The position numbers and the translations under genes were made by a program. From Bacteriovoracaceae bacterium (lineage in GTDB: Bacteria; Bdellovibrionota; Bacteriovoracia; Bacteriovoracales; Bacteriovoracaceae), in NCBI GenBank assembly GCA_965217035.1, contig OZ244226.1:2090146-2154145 (forward strand): a stretch of DNA of 64,000 nt. Direction: 5' to 3'. The number at the start of each line of letters is the position of its first letter. The stretch's first letter is position 1. The notes below the pieces were generated by a model. That model was not told the DNA's origin. It saw nothing but the letters and a program-made list of their open reading frames with translations, and ran no database searches. Positions 57,073 through 64,000 of the stretch are shown piece by piece.

Positions 57073-57700
57073 TTATGAAATTTACCCAAGACTGAATAAG
57101 GTTTGTTTGAACCTCTCCAATTTCCCCTTCTGCATCAATTTTTTTTATTCTTTCTTCTTTTTCTGCAAGTTCCTGATAAGCTTTATAAACTCTCGCATGA
57201 AAATCTTTTCCAGCTTGTTCCATGCGATCTTCTCCTTCATCCCTCTGCTCCATTCGAGATAAGGAAGTTTCAAGACTGATATCGAGTAAGAAAGTGATAT
57301 CAGGGAGTCGATCGAGTGGAGGAAAATTCAAATGAAGGTTTCGAACCACATCGATTCCTAGTTTCCTTCCTCCGCCTTGATAAGCAATAGAGCTATCAAG
57401 ATAGCGATCTAGGATGATGACCTGCTTTTCTTTTTTTAGCCGAGGGATGACTTCTTCGTTGAGCAGTTGTGAACGAGAAGAAAGAAAAAGAAGAAGCTCG
57501 CTCTCTGCCGAAATTTCAATTTGAGCGAGATGAGAGTCAAGGAGGAGGCTTCTAATTTTTTCACCCAATCCTGTTGTTCCGGGTTCTCGAAAGAGCGAGA
57601 CATCAAATCCTTTCTCTATCAAATACTCTTTAAAAAGTTTGATTTGAGTGGATTTTCCTGAACATTCGATGCCCTCAAAGCTAATTAGGTATGAATTCAT
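57065..57700 (-). CDS. tmk: thymidylate kinase
   Basis: FEGIECSGKSTQ, REPG, LDRYLDSSIAYQG. Confidence 0.95.
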   Translation of the reverse strand: MNSYLISFEGIECSGKSTQIKLFKEYLIEKGFDVSLFREPGTTGLGEKIRSLLLDSHLAQIEISAESELLLFLSSRSQLLNEEVIPRLKKEKQVIILDRYLDSSIAYQGGGRKLGIDVVRNLHLNFPPLDRLPDITFLLDISLETSLSRMEQRDEGEDRMEQAGKDFHARVYKAYQELAEKEERIKKIDAEGEIGEVQTNLIQSWVNFINE

Positions 57701-57706
57701 GCCGCA

Positions 57707-57735
57707 AGTATGAAGGTTCTCAAAAGTCGTGTCAA
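57707..57735 (-). promoter_or_regulatory. sigma70 promoter of tmk (leaderless)
   Basis: TTGACA-17-CATACT, 6 nt before ATG, no SD. Confidence 0.65.
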
Positions 57736-57759
57736 TGCGCGTGGTAATGGGAAAAGGTC

Positions 57760-58986
57760 TTAATAATCGATGTCTTCTATGCCATCGTCAAAGGATTCGT
57801 CACCTGGTTCATACTCATCATCGATTTCTTCATCGAGAGCAATCTGGCGTCCACCATCAAACATGTCGATATTATCTTCAGGATCAAGAGCGATTTCCTC
57901 ATCAGGATCTTCGATGAAGTCATCCTCGATATCGGCTGCTCTTTTTTTGCTAGCTGGAGCTACAGGTTCATCCTCGAACTGCTCTGCTCTTCTGTCTCTA
58001 TAGCGAGGAGAGTTTTGATTATATTCAAGGTCTGAGTTATCGAGGTCATCTTGTCTTCTTCTTGTTCGATCTCGAGAAGAGTATTTAGACCTCTTTCGAG
58101 GTTTTGGTTTTTTGACCCTGCTTGCCGTATCTCTTGTTCTTTCTTTTTTAATTGTTCGAGATTTTGAAGTTTTCTTTGGAGAGCTCTTCTTTTTATCCTG
58201 GTCAAAAAGAAATAATCCAACAATAAGAATCACGGATAGAGCATAAATTAAACTTTTCTTTGTTTTTTGATTGAATGAAAACTTTGAGAAAACGTCGTCT
58301 AATTTATCTGATACACCTGGAACTTTTCCAAGATCTCCAGTTTGAACCTTTCTGGTTCCTTCAACTTTTTTATTAAGATGTTGTTGGCAGGCAAGAAGCG
58401 CTTTTTCTAATGATTCCTCTTCTTTTTTTAAATTAAGCTTTTTAAGAACTTGTGTTGAGTAGACACGTGACTTTTCAAAGTGATCTTCATCAGGAGTTTG
58501 AATTTCGAGATCAAGAGCAGCATCTTTCCTTCTATCGAATTGCGGAAAGTGAAAAATTTTTCTCCAGCTCTTTCCACCATCGGCTGAAATCAGATGAGTC
58601 ATTTTTATCTCACCATTATCGATTCCTTCATTGATTTTATTGACTGAGATCGGTCCTTTTTTTTGACCATCTATAAGTATATGAAAAGAGTGACGTCCCT
58701 TTTCTTCCTCTTTAATAAAAGGCTTTAAAGCTTCAGAATTTCTTTTTTGAAATACGCCATGTTCAAAAAATGGCTTCCAGTTTTTTTGTTTTAGATTACA
58801 TGCCATGCATTTTGAAAGTTCATCTGCATGTTCCGTTGAGATTTTTCGAAGTTGCTCGATGTGATAGGGGCCATGGGTTTCTAGATCAATTTGTAATAAC
58901 CAAAGAGAGTCGTGAGTAATCAACTGTTCATTGATTTGATCTTTAGTAAGTTGCTGAATTTTTTCTAAAAACTTTACTTCGCTCAT
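57760..58986 (-). CDS. membrane protein with tandem GYF_2-like domains
   Basis: WLL.....HGPY..EQL and FHI..DGQKKGP.S...I...I..GEI....LI....GKSW; one TM; charged disordered C-terminus. Confidence 0.65.
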   Translation of the reverse strand: MSEVKFLEKIQQLTKDQINEQLITHDSLWLLQIDLETHGPYHIEQLRKISTEHADELSKCMACNLKQKNWKPFFEHGVFQKRNSEALKPFIKEEEKGRHSFHILIDGQKKGPISVNKINEGIDNGEIKMTHLISADGGKSWRKIFHFPQFDRRKDAALDLEIQTPDEDHFEKSRVYSTQVLKKLNLKKEEESLEKALLACQQHLNKKVEGTRKVQTGDLGKVPGVSDKLDDVFSKFSFNQKTKKSLIYALSVILIVGLFLFDQDKKKSSPKKTSKSRTIKKERTRDTASRVKKPKPRKRSKYSSRDRTRRRQDDLDNSDLEYNQNSPRYRDRRAEQFEDEPVAPASKKRAADIEDDFIEDPDEEIALDPEDNIDMFDGGRQIALDEEIDDEYEPGDESFDDGIEDIDY

Positions 58987-59190
58987 GATTTAAACTTGGA
59001 TTGTTGAGTCAGCAATCCTTAATAACATTTTGCCCTCTTTTCCCCATCGAGTGAACTGATCCTTGTTATCGGAAATTTCTTCCGGTAAAAAGTATAGAGG
59101 ACGAATAGACTCAGTTAATTATCCCCTTTGCATTCTAGACAAAGCAGAACTTGACTGACAAGAAATTTTATTTAAAACAACCGGGAGCTT

Positions 59191-59613
59191 ATGGCGATTC
59201 AGGACAAAATAGAAGAAGTTAAAAAAATTTTTCTGAAACATGATCAATGGGAAGACCGTTATAAAGAATTGATTTTATTAGGAAAATCTCTTCCCGCTTT
59301 AGAAGATGAATTTAAGGTTGAAAAGTATCTTGTCAAGGGGTGTCAATCTCAGGTCTGGCTGTACCCCGAATTAGAAGAAGGAATTGTTATTTTCAGGGCC
59401 GATAGTGATGCGCTCATTGTTAAAGGAATTGTTGGGTTGTTGGTAAAAGTTTATGGAGGCGAATCTCCTGCAGCAATTTTAGAAACCGCGCCAGATTTCC
59501 TCAAGGAAACTGGCATAATTGACCACCTTTCTATGAATCGAACCAACGGACTTGCATCAATCGTAAAAAATATGAAACTCTACGCAACAGCTTATCAAGC
59601 TATGCTAAAATAA
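59191..59613 (+). CDS. sufE: SufE/CsdE sulfur acceptor
   Basis: WEDRY..LI.LG, V.GCQSQVW, DSDA.IV.G, R.NGL. Confidence 0.9.
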   Translation: MAIQDKIEEVKKIFLKHDQWEDRYKELILLGKSLPALEDEFKVEKYLVKGCQSQVWLYPELEEGIVIFRADSDALIVKGIVGLLVKVYGGESPAAILETAPDFLKETGIIDHLSMNRTNGLASIVKNMKLYATAYQAMLK

Positions 59614-59617
59614 TACA

Positions 59618-60598
59618 ATGCAGCAGTATATAAGACCAAGACGTTTAAGAAAGGATCAATCAATTAGAGATCTTGTTTCGGAGAGTTTAACTTCGATCAA
59701 TGATTTGATTTATCCCGTCTTCCTTCTCCCCGGAAAGAATCAAAAAGAACCTATTTCTTCAATGCCTGGTCAAAATCGAGTCACCTTAGATCTTCTTTTA
59801 AATTCTTTAAAAGATTTGACTTCAAAAGGACTTAAAGCGATTTGTCTCTTTCCATCAGTTCCAGGTGAACACAAAGATCAAACCGGTAGTTATTCTTATA
59901 ATCCTGATAACTTTTATTTAAAAGCAATTACTGAAATTAAAAATAAATTTCCAAATTTGCTCATTATGACTGATGTTGCGTTGGATCCTTATTCAACTGA
60001 AGGGCATGATGGAATTGTTGATACGAGTACAGGAGAAATTTTAAATGATCCGACATTAGCGGTTTTGAACAAAATGAGTTTGGCTCAAGCAAAAGCTGGC
60101 GCAGATATTATCGGTCCTTCAGACATGATGGATGGAAGAGTCGGAACAATTCGAGAAACTCTAGAGGGTGAAGGCTTTCATAATACTTTGATTATGAGTT
60201 ACACCGCAAAATATGCTTCTGCATTCTATGGTCCTTTTCGTGAGGCCCTTGATTCAGCCCCGAATGGAGATAAGAAAACTTATCAAATGGATATTCGCAA
60301 TTCAGAGGAAGCTTTAAGAGAGGCAGAATTGGATTTAGTAGAAGGAGCTGATATTTTAATGGTAAAGCCTGGGATGGCTTATTTGGATATAGTGAAACTT
60401 CTCAGCTCTGAAGTTGAAGTTCCAATCTCTGTTTATCAAGTCAGTGGTGAGTACGCAATGATAAAAGCTGTGACTGAAAAAGGATGGTTGTCTGAGAAGG
60501 AAATTGTGCTTGAAAGTTTAGTTTCATTTAAAAGAGCAGGAGCATCAATGATTCTAACTTACTTTGCTCCGGACCTTTTAGATTGGTTAAGAGAGTGA
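59618..60598 (+). CDS. hemB: porphobilinogen synthase
   Basis: RPRRLR, PSDMMDGR, YGPFR.A, YQMD, MVKP, YQVSGEY. Confidence 0.96.
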   Translation: MQQYIRPRRLRKDQSIRDLVSESLTSINDLIYPVFLLPGKNQKEPISSMPGQNRVTLDLLLNSLKDLTSKGLKAICLFPSVPGEHKDQTGSYSYNPDNFYLKAITEIKNKFPNLLIMTDVALDPYSTEGHDGIVDTSTGEILNDPTLAVLNKMSLAQAKAGADIIGPSDMMDGRVGTIRETLEGEGFHNTLIMSYTAKYASAFYGPFREALDSAPNGDKKTYQMDIRNSEEALREAELDLVEGADILMVKPGMAYLDIVKLLSSEVEVPISVYQVSGEYAMIKAVTEKGWLSEKEIVLESLVSFKRAGASMILTYFAPDLLDWLRE

Positions 60599-60602
60599 GG
60601 CA

Positions 60603-61631
60603 ATGTCTCAACGTCATTTCTTAGTTATACGTTTTTCTTCGATTGGTGATATTGTTCTAACAACGTCGATACTGAAGTCTTTAAAGAAACGCTTTGGAGA
60701 GAAAACTCAAATTAGTTTTTTAACTTTCGAACATTTTAAAGCCCCTTTAGAAAGTCATCCACTCATTGATTCTCTTGTAACAGTAAAAAAAGAAAAAGGT
60801 ATAAAAGGAATCCTAAAACTTGCTCATAAAGTTCGAAAGATTAATCAAGTGAAATCAATTGATCTTGTTCTAGATCTTCATTCTAACACCAGGACAATGT
60901 TTCTTAAAATATTAGTACCTAATTTATTTTATTTATCTCTTGATAAAAGAAAGATTGAACGATTTTTACTGACGAAGTTTAAGATAAATCTTTATAAATT
61001 TTTTCAAAAAGGACTTGAAAAAATTAATCAAAGAATCCAGAGAGATTTTGCCCCTCAACTCGGTTGGGGTGAGGAGATGGAAAAGACCTTAATTCATAGA
61101 GAGAGCAAAAAACAAAAGAAAGTCTTTTTTATGCCAGCTGCGGCCCATGTGAATAAACGATGGCCATTGGAGTCCTTTGAAAGTCTAATACAAAGTTTTC
61201 TCACCGATTTAAAATATGAAGATTATAAATTCGTTATTTTAGGAGGACCTCAAGATAGTTTTATGACACCTCTTGAGAAACTTGCGCTTGATCGACCAGG
61301 GAGAGTGACTTATGCACAAGGAAAACTTTCACTTTCTGAAGTCATAGACGAAATATCAACAGGAAGTCTTCTGATTGGTAATGATACCGGACTTTGCCAT
61401 ATTGCTGAGGCATTAGGTATTCCAATTATTATGTTTATGGGACCAACGAGTGAGTATTTTGGTTTCTCTCCCAACCTTGAGAGTTCTCTATTAAAGTATG
61501 AAAGTCCTACTTGCAGACCTTGCCATCATTTTGGAGCGGGGAATTGTTCACAACCTCAAAGGTATTGCCTGACGAAAGTCAGCTTTCAAGAGGTTAAAAA
61601 AGATGCAGATAGCATCTTGGGAGTTGAATAA
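60603..61631 (+). CDS. GT9 LPS heptosyltransferase-like
   Basis: IRFSSIGDIVL, KRWP, GNDTG..HIA.ALG. Confidence 0.88.
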   Translation: MSQRHFLVIRFSSIGDIVLTTSILKSLKKRFGEKTQISFLTFEHFKAPLESHPLIDSLVTVKKEKGIKGILKLAHKVRKINQVKSIDLVLDLHSNTRTMFLKILVPNLFYLSLDKRKIERFLLTKFKINLYKFFQKGLEKINQRIQRDFAPQLGWGEEMEKTLIHRESKKQKKVFFMPAAAHVNKRWPLESFESLIQSFLTDLKYEDYKFVILGGPQDSFMTPLEKLALDRPGRVTYAQGKLSLSEVIDEISTGSLLIGNDTGLCHIAEALGIPIIMFMGPTSEYFGFSPNLESSLLKYESPTCRPCHHFGAGNCSQPQRYCLTKVSFQEVKKDADSILGVE

Positions 61632-62907
61632 ATTGCTTTTTCTTAAACTTCTTTTTTATATTGAATACTTTCTTGGAAAATTTCTTGCTTTGTTTTCTCC
61701 TGCTCGTCTTGCTTTTGAAAAAAGAAATGAATGGGAACCAGGGGCAATGAGCTTCAATTATGAAGGTCAAAAAGCAGACCTTTGTGTCGAGTTTTCTAGT
61801 GAAGGAGAATTTGAGCAAGTTAGAATCTTTTTAGAAAAATTTTTAGAGACAGGTAAAAAAAGAATCGAAATAATTTTTTGCTCTGAAAGTGTTGAAGCAT
61901 CAGTCCTCGAATTCCAATTAAAGTATAAAAATCAAGTTCGCTATCAACGGCTAAGTTTTTTTACAAGGAAAGAGAGTTGGGACCTAGGGCATTGGGTGAC
62001 AGCAGATAAATTAATTCTAGTACGTTATGATTTTTTCCCTCAGCTTCTTATACTTGGGACTAGGATGAAGTTCTTTGCATTATTTTCGGCATCAGTGAAA
62101 GCGATTAAGAATAAGAATTTTTTTATAAGAAGGATTTATCGATCAGTCTTTAAACTTTTTGATTTAATTGTGCCTGTGAATTCAAAAGAACTTGCCTGGT
62201 TTCAAGAGTACTTTAAGATTTCATCGAATCGATTGATTCAAGCGGATTTGAGAGTTAATCAGATTCAAAAAAGAATTGATAACGCTTCAGAAACTCTTTT
62301 GACTCGTTTTTCCTGGTGGAAGCATATCGAGGATTATTTAGGCAAACAAACGATTCCTAAATTAATGATTGGAAATTTCTGGGAAGATGAGACAGAAGGT
62401 TATTCAATGGAGGAAATTGCTGATGCTGTCTTAAGAAGAGAAATTTCTCTTTCAATCGCTCCTCATAACTTAAATGAGAAAGTTAACGATTTTATCGAAA
62501 AATTTTTTAAAAAGAAAAACCTGAAAGTTATAAAAATCAATGAAGATTATAAGCCAGTTGAAATTCCGGAGAATTCAATCCTTCTTTTTGATATAAAAGG
62601 TGTGCTTTGCGAGCTCTACCGTTATTTTGATATCGCCTTAGTGGGAGGAGGTTTTCAAAGAAATGCGCATTCTCTTTTAGAGCCCTTTGTAGGGGGAGCT
62701 AAGGTGATAACAGGGCCAAGAGTTGAGAAGTCTTCAGAGTATGATTTTATACACTCATATAATTCCAATGCTATAAAAGTACATATTCCTTCTTCTTCTC
62801 TTGAAATTGGGAGTTGGAAAAATTGGATGAAGGAAAAAAACTTTAGAGACTCTGAAAACGGTGATAAACTTTCTTCATTGATGGAGAGAGTTAATAGTGT
62901 TGAATGA
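61624..62907 (+). CDS. waaA: Kdo transferase WaaA/KdtA-like (TTG start proposed)
   Basis: SSEGEF, APH, GVL.ELY..FD.A.VGGGF...HSLLEP; follows the GT9 gene. Confidence 0.72.
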   Translation: MNKLLFLKLLFYIEYFLGKFLALFSPARLAFEKRNEWEPGAMSFNYEGQKADLCVEFSSEGEFEQVRIFLEKFLETGKKRIEIIFCSESVEASVLEFQLKYKNQVRYQRLSFFTRKESWDLGHWVTADKLILVRYDFFPQLLILGTRMKFFALFSASVKAIKNKNFFIRRIYRSVFKLFDLIVPVNSKELAWFQEYFKISSNRLIQADLRVNQIQKRIDNASETLLTRFSWWKHIEDYLGKQTIPKLMIGNFWEDETEGYSMEEIADAVLRREISLSIAPHNLNEKVNDFIEKFFKKKNLKVIKINEDYKPVEIPENSILLFDIKGVLCELYRYFDIALVGGGFQRNAHSLLEPFVGGAKVITGPRVEKSSEYDFIHSYNSNAIKVHIPSSSLEIGSWKNWMKEKNFRDSENGDKLSSLMERVNSVE

Positions 62908-63886
62908 TTTTGAGTTACTTTATCTTGGAGAAAGCTTAGAGGCTTATATTGATATCGCTCAAACAGGTGATTGGGAATCCTCTGCGATTGCTTCAGAAAG
63001 TACTGATAGACTAGATTCTGACCTGATTATTTTATCTGAAAAACAACTAGATTCTTTCAAAAATCTAAGTCTTTCAAAAACATTAACCTCTTACAAAAGG
63101 GGTCTTGATCTCTTTCAGCCCTTTTCTTTTTTTCTAAATTTTAACCAAAGAAAGATTCTATTAGGGAGATCGTTTAAAAACAATGAACGAGAGTTAAGAA
63201 GGTTTAATACTTCGGATAAATTATCAAATGAAATGCTTAAAAACTTATTAAGTAATTGTTTTAGAGCAATTTTTTGGAACAAAGTCGATTACGATAAGGA
63301 ACACCTTATGCAACCTTATTATTTTGCTAATCGAAAAGAAGTTCTTTCTTATTTTAAAGATTCATTTTGTCAAAATAATGGAACTTATATAATGGGGGAT
63401 ATTAATGAAATTTCTTTTAAAAAACCACAGGCTGTTACTTTTGATTCCCTATGGGGCAAGTGCTTGGTTCAAGACTTTAAGATAAATTCTTATTCTCGTT
63501 TAGAAGGACTGCGAGAATTTGAATTTAAAACGGCTTATCCTTGTTATAATAGAACAAGACTTGAAATGAATCTTTCTGAAGAAATTAATTTTATTCCAAA
63601 TATCTATCTTGACTACTCTTTAAAGAATCAATGGATACCATTTGGCTTTTTCTTTACTCAAGGAAAGAGAGTCATCCTTGATCTTTATTCCTTAGAGAAT
63701 GGAACAACAAAACAAACTTATCGTGAGAAGATTGCGAAGGCCTTTCTTGCTATGGTTAATAGAAGTCTCAATTTGCCGTTTGATTCACAGTCACAACCTG
63801 AATTCTCACACTATACCCATTACTCAAGAGAGGCTGAAGCTGAGGCCGAGCGCCAACTTGCAATCGAACACATAAATATCAAGTAG
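62897..63886 (+). CDS. hypothetical protein
   Basis: 329 aa ORF overlapping the waaA stop; no recognisable motif. Confidence 0.6.
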   Translation: MLNDFELLYLGESLEAYIDIAQTGDWESSAIASESTDRLDSDLIILSEKQLDSFKNLSLSKTLTSYKRGLDLFQPFSFFLNFNQRKILLGRSFKNNERELRRFNTSDKLSNEMLKNLLSNCFRAIFWNKVDYDKEHLMQPYYFANRKEVLSYFKDSFCQNNGTYIMGDINEISFKKPQAVTFDSLWGKCLVQDFKINSYSRLEGLREFEFKTAYPCYNRTRLEMNLSEEINFIPNIYLDYSLKNQWIPFGFFFTQGKRVILDLYSLENGTTKQTYREKIAKAFLAMVNRSLNLPFDSQSQPEFSHYTHYSREAEAEAERQLAIEHINIK

Positions 63887-63946
63887 TTACGAACTTCTTT
63901 GTTTTCCCTCTATATTAGAGTCCTATTTCTCTTATATAATAGAGTC

Positions 63947-64000
63947 ATGATTTCTCAAAAAGGACAAGCGGTTGTTGAGTATATGATTCTTTTGGTGGTT
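63947..64000 (+). CDS. pilin-like protein with a class III signal peptide (partial)
   Basis: MISQKG|QAVVEYMILLVV (G|Q...E5-Y6, TadE/Flp-like); TATAAT 6 nt upstream; runs off the window end. Confidence 0.7.
   Translation, partial: MISQKGQAVVEYMILLVV

Noticed and set aside
4870..61818. Many 60-140 aa ORFs nested in or antisense to recognised genes
   Set aside because: Alternative-frame shadows with no motifs or start signals
1..64000. CRISPR array, rRNA, IS elements, defence island
   Set aside because: No regularly spaced repeats, rRNA signatures, transposases or recognisable defence genes seen by eye

Overview
AT-rich bacterial chromosomal segment. Gene content suggests a predatory Bdellovibrionota, probably Bacteriovoracia/Halobacteriovorax-like; this is an inference from gene families, not a database hit. 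Core genes include mtaB (partial), tRNA-Lys, tRNA-Glu, gap-pgk-tpiA-secG, rluD-pgeF, coaD, mdh, rpsD, ribD/E/B/H, tmk-holB-ricT and sufE-hemB-GT9-waaA. These are interspersed with secreted accessory enzymes: a clan CD (caspase-fold) protease, a transglutaminase-elicitor-like protein, a Tat-exported intradiol dioxygenase, PhoX, two S8 proteases and an animal-type heme peroxidase. A contiguous ten-gene Agl-Glt gliding-motility-like operon spans 27.1-37.6 kb. No CRISPR array, rRNA, transposase or prophage is visible. The most unusual signals are: (1) a catalytically degenerate Xer-like recombinase with a structured 5' leader, coupled to ribD; (2) a duplicated tRNA-Glu T-arm carrying a ~65-nt structured insert in its T-loop; (3) a caspase-fold protease with an abutting small secreted partner; (4) repeated leaderless promoter architecture; (5) a polybasic beta-barrel at the end of the Agl-Glt operon.
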